Below, one piece after another: positions 51,403 through 64,000 of a DNA stretch of 64,000 nt. The first letter of the stretch is position 1; each line of letters starts with the position of its first letter. The translations under genes were made by a program, and so were the position numbers. A model generated the notes under the pieces. It was not told the origin of the DNA and ran no database searches. It was given only the letters and a program-made list of their open reading frames with translations. This DNA comes from Azolla caroliniana (taxonomy: Eukaryota > Plantae > Polypodiophyta): NCBI GenBank assembly GCA_043228905.1, contig JBHGNT010000014.1, forward strand, positions 13,764,001 through 13,828,000, written 5' to 3'.

Positions 51403-51745
51403 GTTTTGCTTGTATATATATATATATCTTCGGGATCCTATCGAATTCTGGGATTGCATTGCAATCACATATGCGCTAGATTGGCAAGTTTTGCTTGTAT
51501 ATATATATATATATATCTTCCAGATCGTATCGAATTGTGGGATTGCATTGTAATCACAAATGAGCTAGATCGCCAAGTTTTGCTTGTATATATATATATA
51601 TCTTCCGGATCGTATCGAATTGTGGGATTGCATTGTAATCACAAATGAGCTAGATCGCCAAGTCTTGCTTGTATGTATATATATATATATATATATCTCT
51701 TCCGGATCATATCGAATTGTGGGTTTGCATTGCAATCACATATGA
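51403..51745. repeat. Four tandem ~85-bp units with a variable (TA)n core
   Basis: ttgcttgta(ta)n tcttccggatcgtatcgaattgtgggattgcattgtaatcaca repeated four times. Confidence 0.9.
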
Positions 51746-52212
51746 AGCTATTACCACATTGTAAAATTAATTAGGGCGTTTTATCAGCTAGTTTCCGGCT
51801 GTATATGTGTAAAATAATAAAGAGAATATAATAAGCGAGATAATAATAATATAAATAATAAGTACTTTCTTACGTATACGGTTTCCTTCTCCTATAAAGC
51901 CATCACAACCCACTATATAATTAGGGCCTTTTATCGGCTACTTTCCTGGTTGTATATATGTGGAACATGTAATATAATAAATAAATTACTCTATTAAGAG
52001 AAATAATAATAACTATTATCTTATGACTACGGTTTCCATTCTCATCATTGGTGGTCTACTATAGAGCTATTTCCACCCGTTGTAAAATAAGGTCATTTTA
52101 TCATAATGAAAGTGTTCTTCCTAACTTGATCTCTTCTCATTTTATTATTTTTGTCAACCATTTACAATTATCGCATTTTGTTATAATGAAAGTGTTCTTC
52201 CTCTTAGAATAT

Positions 52213-52510
52213 TGTAAAGAATCGGGTATGATTCTTGTGTAGCGGAAGAGATGTGTGTTATGTGTATGTGTGAGAGGAATTAGAGGAGAGAAGAGAGAAC
52301 ACAAGATAGATAGAAAAAGGAATATACCCAAGAAGAAGAAGATGTATATTCACAAGCAAAATGGCAAATACAAAATGTAGTATTACGAGGAGTCACAACC
52401 GACTTAGTATGAAGTATGAGGAGGGTGCTTTATATATGGTCACCTTCTCTTTTCATTAACTAACTACAACCACCACTCTCTCTTGGGGAATGTGAAGACT
52501 CATAGTAACC
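52213..52510 (-). mobile_element. Truncated LTR-like fragment
   Basis: TG terminus, minus-strand TATATAAAG and CT-rich tract; fused to copia RNase H; no TSD found. Confidence 0.45.
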
Positions 52511-52511
52511 C

Positions 52512-55500
52512 TGTATTTGGCCTCCGTACTCGAAAGAGCTACTGTTGGTTGCTTCTTGCTACTCCACGAAATTGCTCCGCTGCCAAGGGAGAAGACAACA
52601 CTAGACATTGATTGTCGATCGGCTTTGTAACCGGCCCAGTCGGCATCTGTGTACCCTTCGAGTCGAATTGGTGTGGCTAGTGCGTAGAGGATGCCGTAAT
52701 CCATTGTGCCGCTCACGTATCGTAATACCCGCTTAGCGCAATAGAAATGGATATCTCGCGGAGTTTGCATGAATTGGCTAAGGAGGCCGACCTGATAGTT
52801 GAGGTCGGGTCGAGTGATCGTGAGATAGATGATGCTCCCGATCAATTGTCGATATTGAGTCGGCTCGCACTCGTCTGTGCCGGAGTTGGCATTTAGTTTG
52901 AGGTTTCGATCGAGAGGGGTTGCCACAAATTTGCACTCTGTCATCTCGAACTTGTATAATAAGTTGAGAATGTAGTGCCGTTGAGAGATCGTAATGCCGG
53001 TTAGAATCCGAATTACTTCGATGCCTCGGAAGTAATGAAGTTCCTTCATGTCCATCATCTCGAATTTGTTGGAGAGGAGGGATTTCACCTTGTTGATGTC
53101 GATTAAACTTTCTCCTCCAATGACCAAATCATCCACGTATAGGATGATGACAATCGAGCTTCTAGAGTCGTTTCGTATGTAGAGGGAGTTGTCGGCTTTC
53201 GACATTCGAAAGCCGATTTGATGAAGATATTGCGTAATCTTCGAATGCGAAGCACGTGGTGCTTGCTTGAGGATGTAGAGAGGCGTCTTGAGTTGGCATA
53301 TGGCTTTCGGATGAGTACACGATTCGAAGCTAGGTGGTTGTACCATGTATACCTCCTCTTCTAATTCGCCATGAAGAAAGGTGTTGTTGACGTCCATTTT
53401 GGTGGAGGTGCCACCCTTTCGCCGTTGCGAGTGCGATCACGGTCCGCACAGTCGTCATCTTTGCTACCGGGGCAAATGTCTCTTCGTAGTCGATTCCATG
53501 CGTCTGTGCGTATCCTTTTGCTACGAGTCGAGCTTTGTAGCGGTTTATGGAGCCGTCAACATTATTCTTTAGCTTGTAGACCCATCTGTAGCCGATCGCC
53601 TTCTTGTGCGGTGAGTGGGGGACAAGACCCCATGTCTTGTTTTTTGAGAGTGCTTGCATCTCCTCATTCATCACTTCAACCCATCAAGGTCCCATACTGT
53701 CGCTACCTTCATCATAAAGGCATAATGGTACGCCATTATATAATCAATGTAGCCGAATCCGCTTACGGGGTTCTTTTTACGGGTAGATCAACGGAGCTTC
53801 TCGATTGCGGATACTAAGGCTTTCTTCGCTCCATTTGTCCGGATGCCAAGGCCTTCGAACTCACTATGGAGGGAGTGAGTCGATTCGTTGCCGTCTTCAT
53901 ACTCTAGTATTTTCGCCTTCCCTTTGTCCAGCTTTAGACTCGATCGAGATGTGCTTTGATTGCTCGGAGGCTCTTGTGGCCCAATAAGCCTTGTCGTAAT
54001 CGGGCTTTCTTTGATCATGCGCATGAGCCAATCTTTGGCTTCTAGCTCTATTTCGGCGGATTTCGGGTCGAGCGGAGTTAGAGTCAAAGTTGTCTCTGGT
54101 GCGTACCAAGATGTGGACTCGTTGAAAACGACGTCTCCACTTACTCGAGATTTTCGAGTTGAGGGGTTATAGCACTTGTACCCCTTTTGCTGCAGTGAGT
54201 ATCCTACGAGGATAGATTTCTTTGACTTCGAGTCGAGCTTTTGTCGCTTCTCGTCAAGATGTGCACGTACGCAATGGAGCAGAATATCCGAACATGTGAT
54301 AGGTCCGTCTTCTTTCTGAAAAACTTCAGGTGCATAGTAAGTTCATGCACACCCGATGTCGTACACCGATTCATGAGGTATGCGGCCGTGTTAGCCGCTT
54401 CTGCCAAGTACGACTTCGGCAGGTGCTTTTTGTTCATCATGGTCCGTGCTACTTCGAGGATGTGCCGATTCTTTCATTCGACGACTCTGTTTTGTGGTGG
54501 CCTATGCTGACATGAAAACTCTCGCTGAATTCCTTCTTTCTGTAGAAACACCAAAAATTCGTCGGACAAGTACTCCTTGCCTCCATTCGATCGAAGACAT
54601 CGGACATGTCGGCCCGTGGCTTTCTTGACTTCATTCTTAAATTTCTGGAAGTTTCTGAACACTTCGCTCTTTTGCCACATGGGGTAGATCTAGGTATGCC
54701 TGGAGAAGTCGTCAATAAAGGCCACATAGTATCGGCATCCGCCGAATGTAGCCATTTGAGCCGGACCCCATACATCAGAATGAATTACGTTGTCGTGCCT
54801 TTCGGCACCGGATCGTTGTGTGAGTCGGGTGGGAACCGTTGGGGTATTGGACTAGGAGGAGGAAGAATTTGAGACGAGTTTAGTTATGAATATGAATCCA
54901 TTATAAGAAAGAGAGATTGAAACTTGTGAATCCCACAAGTATATTGTATTAGATTAATCAATATTAAGATAAGAATGTGAATTTGGATTGAAAGAGAGAG
55001 ATATAGAAACCTCGTGAATCCCACGAGTATAGTTTATTTCGTGAATCCCACGAATATAATTTAATAATTGGTGTTTTTAGAAATATATCAAATTTCCAAA
55101 GTTTTCACCCCCCTTATTACATTGTGCTCCCCATCCTTATATAGTGGTGAGACAATCTTAGCAATCCATGTTTTTTTCTCTATCTATAGACTATATGCTT
55201 TCTCTAACATGCTTTTTCTAACCCCATGCACTTTTTATGGACTATAGTGTTTATGCATGCTAGATGTGCATGTGTAGCTTTTTTCTTCTAAGTAAAGCTT
55301 TTTCCTAGAAAATATGCGTGAAGTAACCTTTCGATGTGGGATATCTTCTTTTCTAACACTCATGATATGTTAGTGTAATGGTAAGGCTTCAAATTATTAA
55401 CATGGAAGTACAAGGTATGTACGAAATACACTACGATAATGTCGAGTACGCCTTTTCTCACATTCTGCTCCTTTGGAAATGGGTGCCGATGTTGCTTGCC

Positions 55501-56696
55501 GAATTGCCAAGCGGCACACATGGCTTCAATCTCTTTCTCCATGAATGTCGAGAGCCCGATGACGACTCCTTTTGATTGCATTGTCTTGAGCTTCTAGAGG
55601 TTGATATAGCCAATCCGTTTGTGCCATAACTCTATGTTGGAATCGACTTTTGTGCCCTTTGCGAACATGGCCGATTTCATCTTGTGCAAGTCGAGAATGA
55701 ACATTCGGCCTTCTCTTCGTCCGCGAACAATGAGTAGGCCCTCTTTTTCGCTGAAGCAACTGCCTTGATTAAATCATACTTGCATCCCTTGCTCAACAAT
55801 TTGGGCGACGGAGACCAAATTATTCATAATGGTTGGTACATGCAAGAAATTTTTAATAAAAGTTTGGTTACCTTCTTTGTTGAATGGGACATTGCCGATG
55901 TGTCTAATCGGATGCGTAGTGTCGTCTCCGATTTCGACATAGTCGGGTCGGTTTGGCTCTAAAAGTTCTTGCAACCATTCTTGATTAGACGTCATATGTT
56001 TCAAGGCACCGGAGTCGACGAACCATACGTCTTCCAGACTAGATGCGCTATTCGAAGTAGAAACTTACATAGAATTTGCTCTATCTCTCATCACGAACAT
56101 TTCGCCATGGTTGTCATAGTCAGAATTGGTGAGTTGTCGGCTTGTGGAAGTTGACTTGCGTATCTTCTTACGACACTCTTCTTCGTGGTCACCGATTTTT
56201 CCGCAATATTCGCATTCGACCGAGTTTTGTTGGCTTGGACCGGAATGGAAGCTCCCCATTCTTCCTAAGATTCCTGAATGGTTGCCGTCTTCATGCCAAA
56301 ATTGTGAGTTTTTTTCGTAAGTCGAACCTCGTTCGCCTCGTACTTGGCCGAGGCGGCCTCTTGCTCGGCCGCATCCTCTTCCTCTGTTTAAAAGCGTGTA
56401 GAGCATGTGGCCTTCTGAGGCGTTGCTCCTTGTTCGAACATGGTTTTCTTTGACCAACAACATGGATTGAAGATCAAAGAAGGAGAGCGGATCCTCTTGT
56501 GCTAATATGATGATCCTCATCGCGCCAAACCATGGTACAAAGCCGCAGAGGCATATTTGCACCATGTCATCATCGTCCACATTGGTGCTTATCGAGCCGA
56601 GCGAGTTGCAAAGCTCGTTGATCCTCAAGGTGTAGCCGGTGATGGACATATCCCATTGTTGGATGTTGTTCAACTATTGGCGGAGTTGAAGCTTTC
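52512..56696 (-). mobile_element. Degenerate copia internal region I (gag-PR-INT-RT-RH), same family as A and K
   Basis: [64 protein letters not shown]. Confidence 0.92.
54791..55438 (-). mobile_element. Solo LTR J (TGTCG..CGACA type) in copia I integrase
   Basis: Interrupts LDV/IHSDV; 4-bp TSD ACGT/ATGT; homologous to 2123-2387. Confidence 0.8.
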
Positions 56697-57079
56697 TAAG
56701 TCATCTAAGTCTCAAGTTATGTGCAAAGGAAAAGAGAAAGATAAAACTGTGAGATAACCCACATAGACAAGACAAATAAGGATCTCACCATATATAAGGC
56801 AAAGCAAAAGCTATTATCTTTGTGTATATGTGTGGAGCATAGAGAGTTCAAGGTGACTTGAACTAAGCTAATTAGATGAGTGGGTGTGGCCTAGTTACTT
56901 GTAAAGGTTTTGGCCAACCAAAATCGGCGGCAACCGGTGACGGAACCGGCGACCTTAGGATGCGGACCGAACCGGACCATACCAAACGAATGCAAATCGG
57001 ACGGATCGGTCAGGTTGGTTGATCGTGGTGCATGGTGTTTTAAAGATATTTGGTCTAAAAGATAGTATTTTGTGCTTTA

Positions 57080-57150
57080 AAAAGGATGTAAGCAAGACTT
57101 GAACCTTGCACCTCCAAGACAGGATGCAATAGACTTACCACTAAGCTATG
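57080..57150 (-). other. tRNA-like Pol III cassette with terminator
   Basis: TAGCTTAGTGG (A box), GGTTCAAGTC (B box) 43 nt apart, GCAAG/CTTGC hairpin, then TTTTT. Confidence 0.55.
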
Positions 57151-57284
57151 TCCTTTCCTTAAAAATGTTTTTCTTATCATTATAGTTTACATGTAAATTC
57201 TCATATTAGAGCTTGATTGAGTGACATGTCATGCATGAGCGCCAAATGGCAAACATGCATCACATGCATTCCATGCATTGTATG

Positions 57285-57950
57285 TGACGGGAACTCAACG
57301 CTCCTTATGCACAACGCTCGGCCACAACTGAGCTTAGAATCATACACAGAAAACGAGAAATAAAACACAACACAGAGAAGAGGAGGGTACACAGGATGTT
57401 TACATGGAAAACCCAAACCAAGGGAAAAACCACGGCAGCCCACAGGCTGCAAACTATCACTATGCTAGAATGTACAACAGTGAGTTCACGGAGGCAACAA
57501 CCTCGTGCTCACGATCCTCGCCACAAGCGGCAGTTACAACAGAGGCAATGACCTCTTTCTCTCTCTCTCTCTCTGTACACCGTTACGCTCTCTCTCTTTT
57601 CTTGCACCAACAAGAAAATGACAACAACAATTATTTCTAAAGCTTGCCCTAAGTCATATTTATACTAATATGACTTTTCGGCTATTTACAAATATAGCCC
57701 TGATGGACTCTCAGAAACATATTTACGAATATGTCTCTTCATCCGGTCTTGACCGGGTCTGCACCATCCGGCTCTCCGTAGCCGGGGACTCCTCATCCGG
57801 TTCTCACCGGGTCTGCACCATCTGGCTCTCTGTAGCCGGGGACTCCTCATCCGGTTCTCACCGGGTCTGCACCATCCGGCTCTCCGTAGTCGGGTACTCC
57901 ATCGGCACTATTCTTCTCCCTTCCCATCCAGAGGGACCTGTCTCCCAACA
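57285..57950 (-). mobile_element. Solo LTR (copia-type) containing three 54-bp tandem units
   Basis: TG..CA termini, TSD GTATG; tandem units 57735-57905. Confidence 0.82.
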
Positions 57951-58818
57951 GTATGCATGTCTTGTACCCTCACATGCATCATATGCATGGGAGCATCTAT
58001 AAAAGGATGGATGAAAAAGATCAAAGGGAGAGATGTATTAATCAAGAAATTAAAAGTAAGAAACTCATCATCCAATTGATGTATCAATCTTGTTCTTCAA
58101 ATCTAAAGTCAAGAGTCCAATCTTAATCTCTCTCAATCCAAAGTCAAGCATTCTATCTTATCTCAATCTCTCTCTCTTTCAATCTATCTGAATTCCTTTC
58201 TCGCTTAAGCTAGTGCAATCTTCGTGTCCTTCCGGTCCTGAACCCCGGTGGTTCCGCCTCACGATCCGCACCTAGTGACGGATCTTCACGACTATTGAGA
58301 GACAAGCTCAACATCGGCCAGATCTGCTGAAGAAGCCGAGGACTGGATCGGTTGGGACCGATCGGTTAGGCCGAATACGTAAACCGGTATGCAGACCGGT
58401 GCGTAGGTAGAGCCAGATTGGTGCGTAAACCAGGAGGCCGTTAGGAAAGATATTCCGTGATGAATATATTTGGGAGTTAGTGTAGGAGCTCTTAATGAGC
58501 ATTAAAGTACTGTCAGTACTTCGGTCAGTCCTTCTAGGACTTGTATAAAAGTGTTCATTGAACACACATATGTATAGAGTGTGGTGAATAGAGATTGTGT
58601 ACTTTTGTTGAATATAGTTCTTGTTTTTTCTCTCTCACTCTCTGTGTCTCTCCCGTGTATACTACGTAAGCTCAAGCTCTCTATTAAACCTGATTTTTCT
58701 TCCTTTTGTTCGGTCTTCATACTTGCTTCCGCACGTTACTTTTTCATGGTATCAGAGCGCGAGGGTTGAGAACGTCTCTACAACCGACACAGCTTGACGA
58801 AGAAGAACAAGAAGAACG

Positions 58819-59661
58819 ATGAATAGAGGCATGGCGAGCTCGCTTCCAACAGAGAAGCTCGACAGAACCAACTATGCGTCTTGGTCCTACAAGATGCACC
58901 AGTACCTGCTCGGGCACGGCTACTGGAGTTATGTCGAAGGAGCTAATGACGCGGCACCCGAATCGACACACAAAGACTTCCCGTCATGGGAGCAATTGGC
59001 GAGCAGGGTATTATACTGCTTCGCATCGTGTGTGGGCGAACAACTATTGAGCTATGTTCGGGATGCAAAGACGCCGAAGGGTGCGTGGGAAAATCTGAAG
59101 AAGATTTTCGCCGCGAGCACCATAGCCAGGAAGCTTCAGCTCCGACAGGAGTTGAGCAACCTACGACAACGCGACTTGTCGGTGGCGGACTATACCTCGA
59201 AGATCAAGGATATCTGCAACTCCCTCGCCTCCATAGAGGTGAACATCGAGGAGAGCGAGATGGTCCAGATCTGTCTCGGAGGTTTGGTGTCGAAGTTTGG
59301 AGCGTTCCGAACGGCTGTGCGTACCCAGGAGAATACGCCGTCCTTTTTCGACTTACAATCAATGCTCCTGGTAGAGGAGAACCACGCGGGTGCATCTACA
59401 AGCACACACACCGACAATAGAATGTTGTACACGGAGGGAGATAGGCCCCGTGGACATGGAGGACGAGGCAAGTCGGCGCGCAATGGAGGCAGCCGACAAG
59501 ATCAAGGAAGAAGGCACCGAAGTGATGCCGACAGCAACTCCGGACCCTCCGGAAACAGGGGGAGTCGAAGCGATGAGAACCGGCAAGGGAAGGCCATCGC
59601 GGAGTGCTGGTACTATGGAAAGAAAGGCCACAGGGAAAGTGAGTGCTGGAAGAAGCCGTGA
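58819..59661 (+). CDS. gag: K Gag (open to the deletion junction)
   Basis: [18 protein letters not shown].., KLQLRQEL, degenerate knuckle [14 protein letters not shown]. Confidence 0.85.
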   Translation: MNRGMASSLPTEKLDRTNYASWSYKMHQYLLGHGYWSYVEGANDAAPESTHKDFPSWEQLASRVLYCFASCVGEQLLSYVRDAKTPKGAWENLKKIFAASTIARKLQLRQELSNLRQRDLSVADYTSKIKDICNSLASIEVNIEESEMVQICLGGLVSKFGAFRTAVRTQENTPSFFDLQSMLLVEENHAGASTSTHTDNRMLYTEGDRPRGHGGRGKSARNGGSRQDQGRRHRSDADSNSGPSGNRGSRSDENRQGKAIAECWYYGKKGHRESECWKKP

Positions 59662-60538
59662 CGTTGTGTTTGATGAGTCTGCGTCCTGGTACCAGTCCCC
59701 GACTCCGAACCCCGACTCCAATCCGAGTTCTGACGATGAGGTCAGCGAGGCCGAGATGCCTCCGGATGAGCCCGAAATCGAGACCCGCGAAGAGAGTCCG
59801 ATTTCACTCCGTTTAACTGGACCGATTGGACAACTGAGTCGGTACAATCAGTCCGATGAAGAGCTGGCGAGTAGTGGAGACTCGGCCGTGCATTCCCCGC
59901 GCAGGAAGCCGAGGAGATGGCTTACGCGCAAAGAGAAAGGGAAGAAGAAGGTGTCGGATTCCGGCACGGATAGGAATGAGTCAGACCGACGGGAGTCCGA
60001 CTTCGAGGGAAGCGGCGACGGGCCTTCAGGAACGAAGTCCACATTGGCCGAGAAGACCTCGACATCGGCTAATGACCGATTACGCCGATCTACCCGCCAA
60101 AAGAACCCAGTTGTGCGGTTTGGATACAACGAGTACATGGCGCATCACTATGCGTACATGACCCGTGTAACGGAAGTGCGTGAGCCGGAGAGCTACGCAG
60201 AAGCGGCGAAGGACGCGAATTGGCGCGCCGCAATGGAGGAAGAGATGCACGCATTGGCGGAAAACGAGACCTGGGATCTAGTTGATGCACCGAAGGGTGT
60301 GAATCCGATCGGATGTAGGTGGGTGTACAAGGTCAAGTACAACACCGACGGCTCGGTCAACCGATACAAGGCCCGGTTAGTGGCAAAAGGTTACGCGCAG
60401 AAACATGGCATCGACTACGATGAGACGTTTGTGCCGGTCGCGAAAATGACGACCGTCCGTGTTTTGCTCGCAGTAGCTGCGGTGAAGGGGTGGCACTTAC
60501 ATCAGATGGATGTAAAGAATGCGTTCCTGCAAGGTGAC
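59655..60538 (+). pseudogene. K integrase tail, linker and RT N-terminus
   Basis: [44 protein letters not shown]. Confidence 0.9.
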
Positions 60539-63500
60539 TGTTACGGGCATGACCATTTAATATCCCGTGGTTAGAATTTACCGTAGTATTCTATACACGT
60601 GGATAAGTGTGAGGGTTAAACGAGAGTGTAAAGAAGGGGAGGATTACTTTTAATCCTCGGGATTGAGACAACCCATTAGGTCAAGTGTGAACTTGCCTGG
60701 GGGCCTTGGGTATCGCTATAAATAAGAGGCCTAGCTACCCTCATTTGATCATCTTTTGACTACATCGAGACTCTGCTCGTGTGGTGGGTCAACTCTTGTA
60801 GTAAGCGCGCCAGCACCAGGTACGACTCGACGCCATGGCGGTGGTATGGGACGCCGATCGAGGCTCGAGTCCGTCTCGATCCCTTCGCTCGGGGGTGGTC
60901 GGGTGGATCGGCACCCTTCTTTCTCTTTCTCCTTTCTATCTTTCATTTCTTTATCCTTATCTTAAGCTTACTTTAGTACTTAGATCTATAATATTTGGTA
61001 TCAGATTTTTGTACTAATGTTTCTTTGTTTTTCATTTGTCTTTTGATTGATGCTGATCGGTCGTTGTGCGGTTGGCCTTGATCCAAACAACGATCAACAA
61101 AGAACTTCGGTAACTCTTTCCATAATTTTTCTTTCTATTCTCTCTTCTCCCATCTAATCATGTGTTTAGTTTATATGTAATTTTTTTTCATTAAGTCAAT
61201 GATGTTGTAGTGGTCTTTAATTGATTATCTAAAACGTTTACATATGTGCACGAGGTCAATACCTCGTTTCACATATTAATAATATGTGATGAGTGTCGTA
61301 TGCGTACGAGGTTAATACCTCAATTACGTATTACGTTCACGAACATATGTTACGTTTGCGTATGAGTTTAATACCTTGATTTTTTGTAAACGATATGCGT
61401 TTGGTCTCGTATGCGTAAGAGGTCAATACCTCCATTGTGTATTACGATGATCTCTTATTTGTGGATGTTTCGTGTGCGTAGAGGTATATACCTCGATTAC
61501 GTATCTCGATCACATCATTTGTGGCTATTTACTATAACGATATGTTTAATATAGGCATATGTGGTCACATATATATGTATTTGATCGTATATATGTGAAA
61601 AGTAAACATATGTGTATATTCGTTATTACGTGATTATGTCGAAAGTTGTCATGGTCGGGAAAAGGATGTTGGTGGCCGTCCTCACATTTTTGTGAGAATG
61701 GCGTTGTCACTATCCCTTTTTCAACAATTTTTTATTGTTGATAACCCCGTTGATGACCTCGATTTCGTTACGTAAAGAAACGCCAATAGCCATAATGATG
61801 TTGAGTACGTAGGGCTTGACCCACTTCAAGTGAGGTCGCTCCAATGACGCACGTATCCAACATCCCTCCCTCGTTACATGGATACGATGCCACCATGAGC
61901 TCGTTCTTACGAGAGGCATTCGTAATGACGTGACCATGTGATGGCCCACGTGAGCCTACTACGAAACGAGGGCTCATTTGGCTTGACCATTAGGTTGCAC
62001 TTTGGCGTATGCCATCGTAATTATGAGACTTGAGGTTAGGTAACGTACCAACATAGTTTTGGTAAATGAGGGCGAAATAAGGACCCTTGACATATATGTT
62101 CTTTTAAAAAAACATATATGATCAATTGCCTCGCATATCTCTTATACGCATCAAACATTAAGCATTCGAGAAGAGCAACTTACTTGGTTGGCTCAAGTGT
62201 TTAATGTATTTGTTCTCGAGGTCTCGAGTTCAAATATGACCAAGACCATACAACATCCTTGATACATATGACTATAACACATGTTTAGACTTAAGGTCTA
62301 AGTGCACCTCGGGGTCCTCGTAATAGGACTTAAAGAGCCGAAACCACTTATGTGGGCACCGAAACATAGTTTATTGTTAACATTTTTTTCGTGTATAAAC
62401 TATTCATGACGCGAACATACATGGTTGAGCCTCGGGGAGCCACCATTAAAAAATCGATATAGAGATCAGGGAAAGACATTTATTTGTCACCCCCATGGTT
62501 TTTAAAACACCTTTGTGTTACCATAGTAACATGATCTTGAACCTCATCTCATACGTCTAGAGGGGTATTGACGTGAGATAATGATATCGATTAATGCTCG
62601 CCCATGATATGTTTACATCACGACATGATGTTATGACTATATCTCTGACCTTGTCCTATTTCTTTTCCCGAAATAATCTTTAATGGCTCAAATTAAAGAC
62701 CCGATGTCATCCGCTCAAGCGGAAGGAACTCAAGGGAATCCTCCTGGACAAATGTCCACTGAGATGTATTTGGCACAAATAACCCAATTCCTTAGTTTCA
62801 CCGCTCAACAGATGACCGAAATTCGGCAATCTCAGAGTGCTCTTGAGGCACGTGTCATTAGTCTACAACGTGAGATTAATAGACCTGATGAGCGACAAGG
62901 TGTACCATCATTTGTAGTTAAGCCATTTACTGGAGACAAAAAGGAAAGAACCGAAGAAGCAATCTGCACATGGCTGGTACGATGGGAGTATCATTTTGAG
63001 CTCTATCCCACACCAGATAGTACGAAGATTGCATATGTCGGCCGAGAACTCGGGGGTAAGGCCGCCGCCTGGTGGCGTGGGCTCCGTACTATGGGGAAAT
63101 TGCCCGATACCTGGACAGATTTTGTCACGGTTTTTAAGGGACAATTTCTACAACCTCCCTCTCGAACCGAGGCAGCACAAGCTTTAATGAACCTCTCTAG
63201 CAGGAAATTTTCCTCGCTAGAAGACTATGTTCACCATGCTAGAACCCAAATCCAAAAATCGGGTCTAGAAGGGGACAATTGGTTGATAGCTTGTTTTGTC
63301 AATGGCATCCCCAATTCGGACTATCACTGGATAGTGCACGATAAGGATCCAAAATCCTTCGAAGAGGCCTTTGAAATAGTTCTTCGCTATCAACGCACTT
63401 CGAAGAAGGACCATAACAAACCCAACGAAGCGCCCGGGACTAAGCAGTCGCAATTTGTTGGGAAACGCAAGACACCCAACGAATTCCTGGATCGCGATTG

Positions 63501-64000
63501 TAAGCGACAACATCCTTTTTGTGTATTCTGCAAAAAGAAGGGTCATACAAAAGATCAATGTCGAAAGCTCCAACGGAAAGAGCACGACAACAAAGCTAAA
63601 GCTGCAGACCATAAAGGTCAGATTCCTAATGTCCTTCAGGTCTCTACACATCATTTAAGTAATTGTCAATGTTCTTTCCCTCACTATGTATTGGGTCCCA
63701 ATGATTTACTACGTGCAAACGGGTATATCAATGGATCTCCCGTACAATTTTTATTTGATTCGGGAAGCTCACACAATTTTGTGAATGATCGTTTGGTTCA
63801 GATATGGGGAATCCAACCCACCGTAAGTGATCACACCTACACGGTGCACTTGGCTGATGGAAGAGTACAATACATCAACGGGGCGATTCATTCATTAGGA
63901 ATTTCTATTGATACTTATATAGAAGAAGTAGACTTCCATGTAATGAATCTTTGTACCACCGATGTAATACTGGGTTATCCCTGGTTTTATAATAAAAACT
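60539..64000 (+). mobile_element. Chromovirus L (B family), runs off the window
   Basis: LTR 60539-60993, PBS TGGTATCAGA 60996-61005, long leader, degenerate gag-protease 62684-64000 (FLFDSGSSHNF). Confidence 0.92.

Larger units (their letters stand above)
56700..58292 (+). mobile_element. LTR-like sequence ending ..cacgac, split by a solo LTR
   Basis: TATA box ctataaaagg near 57997, CT-rich tract, 3' end resembles M/J/D termini; left edge unresolved. Confidence 0.5.
58293..60538 (+). mobile_element. Copia K, internally deleted (protease and integrase core missing), interrupted by L
   Basis: 5' LTR 58293-58746, PBS TGGTATCAGAGC 58747-58758, gag joined to RDVVFDE, then RT. Confidence 0.92.

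Noticed and set aside
51403-51745. CRISPR-like regular array
   Set aside because: No unique spacers (only TA-length variation), no cas genes, eukaryotic context
57670-58002. 110-aa ORF with 18-aa repeats
   Set aside because: Read-through of a 54-bp tandem repeat inside a solo LTR
59390-59654. Novel N-terminal extension on the 394-aa RT ORF
   Set aside because: Alternate-frame reading of gag created by the deletion junction
58293-64000. Segmental duplication of the A/B block at 2798-9177
   Set aside because: Different insertion point in RT, different deletions and clear divergence indicate independent elements

Overview
Eukaryotic, repeat-dense DNA, most likely from a non-seed land plant (moss-like; inferred from the TE lineages, not proven). 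About 85-90% of the window is transposon-derived and nearly all ORFs are pseudogenised. Target-site duplications (TSDs) resolve most of a nested stack spanning 2.8-43.1 kb. Copia A (2798-43144) holds chromovirus B (6235-41337). B holds copia solo LTR C, which holds minus-strand Gypsy D, which holds Gypsy E and Tcn1-like chromovirus F. B also holds Sola2-like DNA transposon H, which holds LTR element G. The rest has CACTA and hAT remnants, a Cpn60-alpha fragment, one candidate host gene (DUF761-like, 50599-51225), a minus-strand copia, solo LTRs and a second copia/chromovirus pair running off the end. Best lead: related elements E and G have no polypurine tract; a conserved tRNA-Arg(UCU) 3'-end mimic (T-arm hairpin plus CCA) abuts the 3' LTR instead, suggesting unconventional priming. 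Other leads: a RING-H2 accessory gene in the Sola2-like element, a TGTCG..CGACA LTR lineage with 4-bp AC-R-Y TSDs and a tRNA-Trp PBS, and tRNA-like Pol III cassettes inside LTRs. All alignments were done by eye, so boundaries without a TSD are approximate.
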